From the NCBI GenBank assembly GCA_963664195.1, contig OY760907.1, positions 2,208,001 to 2,272,000 on the forward strand: 64,000 nt of DNA. The letters run 5' to 3'. The position numbers were made by a program, and so were the translations under genes. The notes below the pieces were generated by a model. The model ran no database searches and was not told where the DNA came from. It worked only from the letters and a program-made list of their open reading frames with translations. This document shows, piece by piece, positions 29,359 to 38,439 of the stretch (positions are counted from its first letter, which is position 1; every line of letters starts with the position of its first letter). This stretch comes from an uncultured candidate division Zixibacteria bacterium. Lineage in GTDB: Bacteria > Zixibacteria > MSB-5A5 > GN15 > FEB-12.

Positions 29359-31152
29359 ATGCGCACCCCACAGATTCTGACTATTGCTTTTGTTCTGGTG
29401 CTTGGGGCGGGGGCCGCGTCTGCCCAACAGAGCCCCTGGCCGACGTTCCGCCATGACGCACAGCACACCGGTCGTACCGTTTACACCGGGGCGTCAAGGC
29501 CTGAGGTGTACTGGACTTTTGTGGCCAACGACGGTATAACTTCCTCGCCGAGCATAGGACACAACGGTACCATTTACGTGGGCGCCGGCGGTTACTACAA
29601 CGGTGGAGGCGACTCCAGCCTGTATGCGATCAATCCGGACGGCAGTCTCAAATGGCAGTTCAAAACGGACCGTGGTACGGCACACAACTCCGCGGGGATA
29701 TTTTCCTCGCCTGCGATTGCCGACGACGGCACGGTTTTTGTTGGCTCACTTGACAGCTACCTGTACGCTATCGAGGACTCTGTCACCTACGGCAAGCTGC
29801 GCTGGCGCAACAAGCTCGGTAACTGGCCGGTCTACTCGTCCCCCGTGATCAGTCCCAACGGCAACGTATACGTCGGCGGTCTGAGCTTCTATGTGTATGG
29901 TTTTGAACAAGATGGGACACAGATATGGGACTATATGACTGGCTGGTGTGTCTTCTCCTCTCCGGCACTGGCTGCTGACAACACGGTTTATTGCGGTTCC
30001 AAGGACCATCACCTTTATGCCCTCACCGATGCACCGACCGACCCGATTCTTGAGTGGCGTTACGCTGCCGGAGCGTTCTACGACGGTCACCTCATGGACT
30101 CCTCACCTTCAGTGGCAGACGACGGTACCATATTCATTGGCACTGATCCGTATGGAGCCGATGGCATCCCGCCAGTACCGGCCGACACTAATTTCTTTGC
30201 CGTCAATCCTGACGGTTCGCTCAAGTGGAAGCTGGGTATTCCGAGAGGCATTGAATCCTCACCCGCATTCGGACATGACGGTACGATCTATATAGGTTCC
30301 CACGATTCCACTCTCTGGGCTATCGAGGACATGGGGACGCATCCGGTGGTCAAGTGGACTTTCCCGACAGGCGGCGTTGTTGATGCCCCTCCCACTGTCG
30401 ATGGCGACGGTACTATTTATGTCGGGTCGCGGGACTCAACTTTGTACGCGATCAATCCGGATGGCACGTTGAAATGGTCGTTCGTCACGCAGGGTGGCAT
30501 CGAGGGCTCGGTGACGATCAACGACAACGGGTATATGTATTTTGGTTCGTTTGACGGCAACGTGTACTGTTTGGGGACGGGCGCGCCGGATGTTGGTGCC
30601 GTGTCGGTGGTACTGCCGGATTCGGTGAAGCCTGAGTCGGAGCATGTCCCTATGGCGACATTCGCTAATTATCGTGGTGCTCCAAACAGCTTCGAGGCGG
30701 TTTGCCTCATTGCAGACGACAGTGTCACTCAGTACGTTGACACCATTCAGGTTGCCAATCTTGCAGGGGGGCAGAGCACCATCCGGTCGTTTGCGCCTTG
30801 GACGGTCGGTGCCGGCATAGGCGTGGACTATGAGGTGACGATCACTACCGTGCTTGCGGGTGATGACAACTATCCCAACGACACGGTCATTGTGCACGCG
30901 ATTTCGTCGGAGACTGCCGGTTGCTGCAGCGGTCCCTCGGTGGGCAATGTGGATGGCTCTGCTGACCAGTTGGTAACAATGGGTGATCTCACCGTATTGA
31001 TCAGCCATTTGTTCATTTCCCTTGACCCGCTTGATTGTGATGAGGAAGGCAATGTCGATATGAGTCCCGACGGTCTCGTGACCATGGGAGATCTGACGGT
31101 GATGATCAGTTCACTGTTTATTGATCTGGAACCTCTGCCTGCCTGTCCTTAG
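29359..31152 (+). CDS. Secreted PQQ-like beta-propeller repeat protein with C-terminal dockerin-like tail
   Basis: AGGAG RBS, signal peptide, WPTFRHDAQHTG, repeated SSP.I..DGTIY.GS.D..LYAINPDGSLKW blades, CC...GNVD...TMGDLTVLISHLFISL duplicated tail. Confidence 0.88.
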   Translation: MRTPQILTIAFVLVLGAGAASAQQSPWPTFRHDAQHTGRTVYTGASRPEVYWTFVANDGITSSPSIGHNGTIYVGAGGYYNGGGDSSLYAINPDGSLKWQFKTDRGTAHNSAGIFSSPAIADDGTVFVGSLDSYLYAIEDSVTYGKLRWRNKLGNWPVYSSPVISPNGNVYVGGLSFYVYGFEQDGTQIWDYMTGWCVFSSPALAADNTVYCGSKDHHLYALTDAPTDPILEWRYAAGAFYDGHLMDSSPSVADDGTIFIGTDPYGADGIPPVPADTNFFAVNPDGSLKWKLGIPRGIESSPAFGHDGTIYIGSHDSTLWAIEDMGTHPVVKWTFPTGGVVDAPPTVDGDGTIYVGSRDSTLYAINPDGTLKWSFVTQGGIEGSVTINDNGYMYFGSFDGNVYCLGTGAPDVGAVSVVLPDSVKPESEHVPMATFANYRGAPNSFEAVCLIADDSVTQYVDTIQVANLAGGQSTIRSFAPWTVGAGIGVDYEVTITTVLAGDDNYPNDTVIVHAISSETAGCCSGPSVGNVDGSADQLVTMGDLTVLISHLFISLDPLDCDEEGNVDMSPDGLVTMGDLTVMISSLFIDLEPLPACP

Positions 31153-31487
31153 GATTCGCCGATATCGAGACAATAATTGACTTGTATGGTGAGGTGGGCA
31201 TGGTGTCCGTCCCCTGTTTTCCCGCTCTGTGAAGGCATTTGTGCTCTTTCGTCACAAATGAGCATGCTGTTCTTGATTGCGCCACGTTCCTGCCGACACT
31301 AATATAGAGAGTGAATGTCGGCCCAGGACCGGCACCTCTGGCTTTGATAATGGTAAAAGGGGTATTCCTCGTTGCGGCGATGTCGTGACAGGGCAACATT
31401 CGACTGGCGGTACGTGACCGGAATGCATGTCACAGATCACTGTCATCGAACATCTTCCGGGAATTTGACAACCTGAATTCTGGACCT

Positions 31488-34400
31488 ATGACTTCGAATC
31501 CACCAGAACGGAAACAGACCAGATGGTTCACTGTCGGTGAGCAAATCGTATTGCTGGCCGTCGGTGCACTCATCTTTGTCCTATCCCTCACTCTTGATCT
31601 CGCTAAGTACGTTCTGGCTTGGACACAGCATTTCGAGTGGCTCAAACCCGATGAATTGTTTGTTACGATTGTTTTTCTGTCTATTCCCCTGTTAATAATC
31701 ATCATTCGCAGATACCGGCATCTCAAAGCCCAGCGTGACAGGTCGGAAGCGAAACTGCGGCCGTTTATGGACTCTGCGGCGATGTACCGGGGCCTCGTTG
31801 AATACTCACCGGTTCCGATCATCGTGCATCGCGGCGGCCGTTCTGTATTTGCGAATCCCGCGACAGCCAATCTTCTCGGTGCGTCATCGCCGGAGGATAT
31901 CGTAGGCAGATCGTTGGCGGACTTCATTCACCCGGACGATGCCGTTCGAGTTGACGAGATCATGAGTCAGATGGACGAGCCCAAGGATCAGGCTCGCCGG
32001 CTGGCATTCAGGCTGAAGCGTCTTGACGGCGAGATCGCTCACGTCGAGACGACAGCGTTGTATATCACCTTTGGCGGGGAGTCGGCCGAACTGGTCTTCG
32101 CTCGTGATGTGACCGAGCGCAAGCGGGCGGAAAAGGCCCTGTTGGAATCCGAGAGGCAGTATCGCGACGTGTTTGAGAACTCCCAGATAGGCTTCTACCG
32201 ATCAACTCCAGGCGGATTTGTCTCTATGGCCAACCCGGCTCTAATCAACATGCTCGGATACAACACGCTGGAGGAACTGCAGCAGATCGACATTGGCCAC
32301 GAGATGGCGCGAGTCGGTTATGTCAGGGAAGAGTTTCAGCAACAGATTGAACGCGACGGGTTTGTCAGATCTCTCGAAATGCCGTGGCCGACCAGAGACG
32401 GGCGACCGCTGACCGTCGTGGAAAACGCGCGCGTGGTTCGAGATGAGGACGGCAGCGTGCTCTACTATGAGGGATCGGTCGAGAACATAACTGATCGCAA
32501 GCTTGCCGAAGATCAGTTGAGGCAGGAGAAAAACCGCTATCGACGCATCTTCGAGAGCATTCAGGACGTCTATTTTGAAACCGATCTCGAGGGCACGCTG
32601 CTCGAAATCAGCCCCTCTGTCGAGATTCTATCAAGACACAAACGCGACAATGTACTTGGTAAGTCGGTCTACGACGTCTATGCCGACTCGACCGCGAGGG
32701 TTGTCCTGTTTGAAGCGATGAAACAAACCGGCCGAGTGGAGGATCACGAAATATCTCTGTTGGATGCAGACGGCAGCATTCTGAAGTGCTCCCTCATTGC
32801 AGAGTATCTCACGGACGGGGCCGGAATGCCGATTGGACTTGTAGGCTCTCTCCGCGATATTACCGCGCAAGAGGCTGCGGCCGACGCTTTGCGGGCCAGC
32901 GAGCAGCGGTTCCGCAACGTCTTCAGAACCTGCCCGGATTCGATCATGGTCAGCAGGATGAGCGACGGCAAAATCGTTGATGTCAACGACGCCTTCATCA
33001 CGGATTTCCGGTATGCCCGGGAAGAAGTAGTCGGTTTCACGACCAAAGAACGGAACATCTGGGCGGACTACTCTGACCGTGACGGCTTCGTCAAACGGCT
33101 GATCACCGACAAGTCAGTCGACAACTTCGAGACCAGCTTCTGCCTCGAAGACGGAACGGCGGTGAGGCACCTCGTTTCTGCCACATTGATCGACCTGGAC
33201 GGCGTTCCCCATATCCTGTCGGTAGCCAGAGATGTTGAAGAGCGGTTGGCTGCCGAGCAGAAGTTGCAGCAGCAGCATGAGTTGCTGACGGCCACTATCG
33301 ATTCGCTCACGCATCCTTTCTACTTGATTGATGCCAACGACTACTCCATCAAGTTGGCCAACACGGCAGCGGGTTTCGGAGTGATAGACGGGCAGCAGAG
33401 ATGTCATGTCCTAACTCACGGGAACAAAAGACCGTGCGGAGAGGCGGGAATAGTATGCCCGGTTGAGATTGTGAAGAAAACCGGTCGGGCCATGACGGTC
33501 GAGCACCTGCATACGGACGCAAACGGTGGGCTGCGCAGCTACGAGGTACACGCTTATCCGATTATGAACGGTGATGGCAGCGTCGCCAGCGTCATCGAAT
33601 ATTCCATGGACATAACCGACCGCAAGAAGATGGAAGAGGAACTGCTTAAGATCCAGAAACTTGAGTCGGTCGGAGTACTTGCCGGTGGCATCGCGCACGA
33701 TTTCAATAATACGCTTACCGGTATTCTCGGCAACATATCTCTGGCCAAACTGGACATTCCCGAATCGACTGAGTGCTTCACTGCATTGGATGAGGCAGAA
33801 AAGGCTGCCGTGCGTGCGAAAGATCTTACTCAACAGCTGCTCACTTTCTCCAAGGGCGGGCAGCCGGTGAAGAAGGCCGCATCGATTGTTGAAATGATAC
33901 GCGAGTCGGCATCGTTCATTCTGCGCGGCTCCCAAGTTGCCTACGAATTGGAAGTCGCTCCCGATTTGCGCTCCGTGGAAATCGATTCCGGGCAAATCAG
34001 TCAGGTCTTCCAGAATCTTACGATGAATGCAATGCAGGCCATGCCGACCGGCGGCACGGTTTCGATACGCGTTGAGAATCGGACCGTTTCGGCGCATAGT
34101 CTCTTGCCGTTGGCCCAGGGTGACTTCGTCAAAATCACTTTTGCCGATGATGGCCACGGGATTCCGGCCGACCAGTTGCAGCGCGTGTTTGATCCCTATT
34201 TCACGACCAAGCAGACCGGCAGCGGGCTTGGCCTGACTACTACGTTTTCCGTAATTAAGAACCACGGCGGTCACGTCGCGGTTGACTCGCAGGTGGGGGT
34301 TGGGACAACATTCCGGATATATCTGCCTTCGTCCGGCGGACCGCAATCGGAGTCAATACCGGCAGCAGAGCAGGCCCTCAACGGCAGCGGCAAAGTGCTC

Positions 34401-34781
34401 GTGATGGACGACGAGGACTTCATCAGGGAATTGGTGGCCCGAGTCCTCAGTCGTTACGGCTATCAGACTGTAGGGGCCTCCGACGGCGTTGAGGCTCTCC
34501 GCCTCTACGACAGCGCGCTGCAGTCCGGCGAGCCGTTTGATCTGGTGATCCTCGATCTCACTATTCCCGGAGGAATGGGGGGACGTGAGACGATGGCCTC
34601 GCTGCTGAAGATCGATCCTCACACGGTAGGTATTGTCGCTTCAGGGTACTCCAATGACCCGGTCATGGCTGATCCGGAGACCTACGGATTCCGCAGCGTT
34701 GTAGCTAAGCCTTTCCGGCCCGCCGAACTCGGCGAAGTAGTCTTCAGTCTGATGGCTGCCGGGGAAATCCAGGGCGACTAA
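31488..34781 (+). CDS. Hybrid sensor histidine kinase (two TM, multiple PAS, HisKA, HATPase, receiver)
   Basis: Repeated PAS/PAC ends (RDVTERK, ENITDRK, RDITAQ, MDITDRK), LAGGIAHDFNN, DDGHGI, FTTK, GSGLGL, VLVMDDE...ILDLTIPGG...KP. Confidence 0.95.
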   Translation: MTSNPPERKQTRWFTVGEQIVLLAVGALIFVLSLTLDLAKYVLAWTQHFEWLKPDELFVTIVFLSIPLLIIIIRRYRHLKAQRDRSEAKLRPFMDSAAMYRGLVEYSPVPIIVHRGGRSVFANPATANLLGASSPEDIVGRSLADFIHPDDAVRVDEIMSQMDEPKDQARRLAFRLKRLDGEIAHVETTALYITFGGESAELVFARDVTERKRAEKALLESERQYRDVFENSQIGFYRSTPGGFVSMANPALINMLGYNTLEELQQIDIGHEMARVGYVREEFQQQIERDGFVRSLEMPWPTRDGRPLTVVENARVVRDEDGSVLYYEGSVENITDRKLAEDQLRQEKNRYRRIFESIQDVYFETDLEGTLLEISPSVEILSRHKRDNVLGKSVYDVYADSTARVVLFEAMKQTGRVEDHEISLLDADGSILKCSLIAEYLTDGAGMPIGLVGSLRDITAQEAAADALRASEQRFRNVFRTCPDSIMVSRMSDGKIVDVNDAFITDFRYAREEVVGFTTKERNIWADYSDRDGFVKRLITDKSVDNFETSFCLEDGTAVRHLVSATLIDLDGVPHILSVARDVEERLAAEQKLQQQHELLTATIDSLTHPFYLIDANDYSIKLANTAAGFGVIDGQQRCHVLTHGNKRPCGEAGIVCPVEIVKKTGRAMTVEHLHTDANGGLRSYEVHAYPIMNGDGSVASVIEYSMDITDRKKMEEELLKIQKLESVGVLAGGIAHDFNNTLTGILGNISLAKLDIPESTECFTALDEAEKAAVRAKDLTQQLLTFSKGGQPVKKAASIVEMIRESASFILRGSQVAYELEVAPDLRSVEIDSGQISQVFQNLTMNAMQAMPTGGTVSIRVENRTVSAHSLLPLAQGDFVKITFADDGHGIPADQLQRVFDPYFTTKQTGSGLGLTTTFSVIKNHGGHVAVDSQVGVGTTFRIYLPSSGGPQSESIPAAEQALNGSGKVLVMDDEDFIRELVARVLSRYGYQTVGASDGVEALRLYDSALQSGEPFDLVILDLTIPGGMGGRETMASLLKIDPHTVGIVASGYSNDPVMADPETYGFRSVVAKPFRPAELGEVVFSLMAAGEIQGD

Positions 34782-34867
34782 TCTGTCGGGGGCTGGTCTC
34801 TGTCTAGCTCAATCCGCGAATATCTTGTTGCTTCTCCTGATTTGATCAATGTACCATCGTACTGATG

Positions 34868-34923
34868 GGGGATACAGGTCGGGCAACTCACAAGCTCGGC
34901 CTTGTCCCCGTATCCCCGTTTTT
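34868..34923 (+). terminator. Probable terminator between the kinase and the T6SS cassette
   Basis: GGGGATAC-AGGTCGGGC...GCTCGGCCT...GTATCCCC hairpin followed by GTTTTT. Confidence 0.5.
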
Positions 34924-34960
34924 ATCGACCGAGTCTCGACCCGTATTGCCCATTCATTTG

Positions 34961-34990
34961 TTGACCTCCGAATCTCAAGTCCGATATATT
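34961..34990 (+). promoter_or_regulatory. Candidate sigma70 promoter for the PAAR/effector cassette
   Basis: TTGACC-18 bp-TATATT, ~40 bp upstream of the GGAGG-preceded ATG at 35033. Confidence 0.4.
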
Positions 34991-35032
34991 GTCAATAGTA
35001 CCGCAAGTTCCAGATTGCAGGGAGGATTCCTG

Positions 35033-36214
35033 ATGGGCAAACCGGCCGCCCGATGTACCGACATGGTAAAGACATGTAATGACCCGACCGACCTTCCAAC
35101 GTGTCAGATCGTTGCCGTGGGAACTGTATTGATTAATAACCTTCCCGCTGCCAAACAAGGGGATCAGGTCGTTGGGATGGATACCCACATCGTTCTGATA
35201 CCGTCTCCCGGGGGACCGATACCAACCCCATTGCCGCATCCCTACATGGGGCAGTTGATGGACGGGTTGTCCTCGAGCGTTTTCATTGAGGGCAAGCCGG
35301 CCGCTATCCAGGGGTCCAAATCGATGAACATGCCGCCGCACATTCCACAGGGAGGACCGTTTCAGACACCTCCCTCCAATCAGGGGGAGGTCATGATGGG
35401 GAGCCCCACTGTGTTCTTCGGAAACGGCGGCAGTGGCGGTGGCAGTGGTGGTGGCAGCGGTGATTCCGCTCAGGGGCGCAAGCTTGAGGCATCGACCGCG
35501 GAAGGACATTCGCTTGATGTCAAGTTCGTCGACAAGGGAGGCAAGCCCATAACAGGAGCCAAATACTCCGTGAAAGGACCGGATGGAAAAACCTCCGAGG
35601 GTTCCCTCACCGGTAGTATTCAGCAATCCAGTTCCACCGATGGTGATCACGAAATCACAATTACAGCAATCACCAAAGCCGAATGGTCGGCCAAGTCGGC
35701 CCGTGACGGCGAGACAGTCAAGATGAAGATGGAGGGTGCAGGGTTTGCCGACGGTGCGAAGGCTTCGTTTGAAGTCTGGGAGAAGGACATGAACCGCGCT
35801 GACAAACAGATTACTGTCGTCAGTGATGTTGACGTGTCGAGCGACAAAGCGGAGGCGGAATGGCAGTACGTGTACGAAAACGAGGATGAAGCACCCAATC
35901 AGCCTCAGGAAGGCCACAAATACTCTGAGCCTTCGTACTATTTCATCGTCAAAGCAGGGGGGCTTCAGGCCCGATCATCGATATTGGAATACAAAGACTT
36001 CATTGAGATTCGTCTGAAGGATCACAACGGCGAGGTTGCGGCAAACGCTGCCTATCGGGTTTTTCTGCCAAATGGCGAAGTCAAACGCGGCAATCTCGAT
36101 CCTGACGGGTACAAAAGGATAGAAAACGTGCCACCCGGGCGTTGGAGAGTAGAATTCCCCGATCATGGCATCGCAGAGGAAGGGCAGTCCGGCGGGGAAC
36201 AGCAAGGTCAGTGA
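35033..36214 (+). CDS. PAAR spike-tip protein with Gly/Ser linker and C-terminal Ig/transthyretin-like extension
   Basis: GGAGG RBS; MGKPAAR, LPAAK, KPAAI motifs; VFIEG, GSPTVFFG; GGSGGGSGGGSG linker; C-terminal beta-rich domains. Confidence 0.9.
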   Translation: MGKPAARCTDMVKTCNDPTDLPTCQIVAVGTVLINNLPAAKQGDQVVGMDTHIVLIPSPGGPIPTPLPHPYMGQLMDGLSSSVFIEGKPAAIQGSKSMNMPPHIPQGGPFQTPPSNQGEVMMGSPTVFFGNGGSGGGSGGGSGDSAQGRKLEASTAEGHSLDVKFVDKGGKPITGAKYSVKGPDGKTSEGSLTGSIQQSSSTDGDHEITITAITKAEWSAKSARDGETVKMKMEGAGFADGAKASFEVWEKDMNRADKQITVVSDVDVSSDKAEAEWQYVYENEDEAPNQPQEGHKYSEPSYYFIVKAGGLQARSSILEYKDFIEIRLKDHNGEVAANAAYRVFLPNGEVKRGNLDPDGYKRIENVPPGRWRVEFPDHGIAEEGQSGGEQQGQ

Positions 36215-36215
36215 C

Positions 36216-36569
36216 ATGGCAGATATTGACATCATCAGATCAGAACGTGTCATGCGACAGAGCCGGGAGTTTTTCGCGCCACCGCCTTGCCATATCTCCG
36301 TGCAGCTTCGCAGCAACTCAGGACAGGTCCCCCTAGCAGAAATCCAATTCTATCTCAGAGTAAGCGAACTGAGAAGCGAGGAAGGAACCACCGACAGCGA
36401 GGGGTGTCTGACGGTAGGCAACGTTCCTCCGGGCGACTACGTCCTCGAACTGCCGGACAAGGGATTCGAATTGTTGGTTTCAGCGATCCCGGCCACGGTA
36501 GATCGCACTGTGGTGCGAGTGGCAGGCTACATGTTTGACGAACGCAACGATGACCGGGGAGACGCCTGA
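36216..36569 (+). CDS. Small transthyretin/carboxypeptidase-regulatory-like domain protein
   Basis: GTTDSEGCLTVGNVPPGDYVLELPD matches the PAAR C-terminal GNLDPDGYKRIENVPPGRWRVEFPD; tightly coupled to both neighbours. Confidence 0.65.
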   Translation: MADIDIIRSERVMRQSREFFAPPPCHISVQLRSNSGQVPLAEIQFYLRVSELRSEEGTTDSEGCLTVGNVPPGDYVLELPDKGFELLVSAIPATVDRTVVRVAGYMFDERNDDRGDA

Positions 36570-37951
36570 TGCCCAATTTTCGGCTGGCTCTCTCTCCCGG
36601 AGTGATTTACGATCTTAGTGAGACGATACTCGTTTCGCTTACGTCGCCAAGAGCCGCGACAGCGGTTACGCTTCGCCTTGTCGAGATGGACAGTTGGCAG
36701 TATTTGAGTGACACGATGTCCGAGCGAGGCTCTACCGGCAGGGACAGTTTTGCCGAGTTCACCGGGGCCGTAACGGATGGCCATTTCGTCCCCGCCACAA
36801 CGCCCACCGCACCTGCCGATGACACTGTGCCGGCGATTCATATTCAGTTCGAAGGTGACGACACGGTGCACGATATCCCCCTGCCGAATGTCGGTCTGGA
36901 AGGGGAGGGGGGCGAACTGGAGGTCGGCATTCATATCGCAGGGACGGTTGGCACTGCCGCCCGGGAGTACGTGACGCCGAACCCCGTTTTTGTACGTCAT
37001 CCTCGTGTCACCGGTCAGGAGAACCGGGCGATCATTACGTTCATCACCAGCGACGATGAGGAGGACCCGTACTATCGCGAGGCCATGCGGTACTGGGAAG
37101 TGCGCGCCGATTCCATTCTCGTCTACACCTCCCTGCAGAGAATTTTCGAGTATCTCAATACACACACTCTGCCCGGCGGTCAGCCCTGGGGACAAATCAA
37201 TATCGTTGCTCACGGCATGGGACAACAATGGCAGATGGGGCTTTTGTACACCGATACGGCTGAGTGGATTACTCCCTCGATGATCCGTGACCGTGTCGGG
37301 CATGCCAGTCTTCCCGCACCGCCGGAGGAACGAATCGACTCCAATACATCGATTATTCTTCGCGGGTGTCAACTCGGTCGCAACCAGGATATGCTGGATG
37401 CCGTATGCGAGCTGTTTGGGGGGCGATGCAAAGTGTTGGCACCGAGATACATTCAGACATATCAGCGCCATGACGAAACGATGCGGGAGCTTTTCTACGA
37501 GAGCTTCATGTTCTACGTCCCCGGCTCCTCCGCTCCGGCTCCGGGTGTATGCGTGACACGACTGCAAGAGGCTTACAGCAACCGGTCCGATGTGAATTTC
37601 AGGAGCCTCATCGGCAATCCCGCCGCCAGACACGATTCCCATCCTCCTCTTCGCATACAGGTGGTGGTAGAGAACACCGGAGCGCTACCCGCCAGCGAGG
37701 CAGCGTACATGGTGGCACTGGACGCCAACTGGGTGAGCGGAGAAGATTCATATTTCACCGAGCGCGCCGACTGGCGATGGACCCACGCAGAGGAGTTCAT
37801 CGAAACGGTAAACGACCAGCCGGTTCACGACATCACGTTCACAGGCACTCGTTACCGGGTTGAAGTACGTCAGGTACTGGCAGACAGTTCGGACAATGTA
37901 GTAGTACCGGACATCACTAACACGGATCACTTCGGACGGTCACCGGCCTGA
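36569..37951 (+). CDS. Candidate T6SS effector with DUF4347/clan CD cysteine-protease-like His-Cys dyad
   Basis: INIVAHG (H215) and IILRGC (C267), each after a hydrophobic strand; TGATG overlap; sits inside the PAAR cassette. Confidence 0.55.
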   Translation: MPNFRLALSPGVIYDLSETILVSLTSPRAATAVTLRLVEMDSWQYLSDTMSERGSTGRDSFAEFTGAVTDGHFVPATTPTAPADDTVPAIHIQFEGDDTVHDIPLPNVGLEGEGGELEVGIHIAGTVGTAAREYVTPNPVFVRHPRVTGQENRAIITFITSDDEEDPYYREAMRYWEVRADSILVYTSLQRIFEYLNTHTLPGGQPWGQINIVAHGMGQQWQMGLLYTDTAEWITPSMIRDRVGHASLPAPPEERIDSNTSIILRGCQLGRNQDMLDAVCELFGGRCKVLAPRYIQTYQRHDETMRELFYESFMFYVPGSSAPAPGVCVTRLQEAYSNRSDVNFRSLIGNPAARHDSHPPLRIQVVVENTGALPASEAAYMVALDANWVSGEDSYFTERADWRWTHAEEFIETVNDQPVHDITFTGTRYRVEVRQVLADSSDNVVVPDITNTDHFGRSPA

Positions 37952-37986
37952 ACGCGCGGTGTCCCGTCGATGACATAGAGGTATTT

Positions 37987-38439
37987 ATGTGGCGAACCAA
38001 AAGCTTGAGCAACCCGTTCAGGTTTGACCTTCCCGCCGGATGGGAAGACCAGACCGTGTACAACTTCATCGGACCGGAGGCCTGCGGAATCCGTCACAGC
38101 CTGAGATTGACAATTGATCGTCGATTGCAGTTGGAGACGGTGCGGGATTTCGCTCGTCAGCAGACAGCGCCGATCGTGGAATCACTTCAAGGGGTCGAGG
38201 TGCTGAAGGATGAAGAAGTGACCATCGATGGCAGCAATCCGTGCTGGGAGTTCGTTTACAAGTGGACCCCGAGCGATCAACGGACGACGTTCCAGAAACA
38301 CGTATTTGTCGTCAAGGATGGTATGGGATTCAACTTCGCCGCCACGTTCACCAAGAACACCATCAAATCTGTCGGCAGCCAGTTGTACGATGTCGTTGAC
38401 AGTCTCCTGCCCGGAACCTACCAGCCGATAGATGACTGA
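37987..38439 (+). CDS. DcrB/DUF1795 (Eag-like, PsbP fold) T6SS effector chaperone
   Basis: FDLPAGWEDQTVYNF, LTIDR, VTIDG, YKW, FQKHVFV; size and T6SS context fit. Confidence 0.75.
   Translation: MWRTKSLSNPFRFDLPAGWEDQTVYNFIGPEACGIRHSLRLTIDRRLQLETVRDFARQQTAPIVESLQGVEVLKDEEVTIDGSNPCWEFVYKWTPSDQRTTFQKHVFVVKDGMGFNFAATFTKNTIKSVGSQLYDVVDSLLPGTYQPIDD

Noticed and set aside
35428..35462. GGCAGTGGCGGT-like short tandem repeat in the PAAR gene
   Set aside because: It simply encodes the Gly/Ser linker (GGSGGGSGGGSG); in frame and not evidence of a separate element
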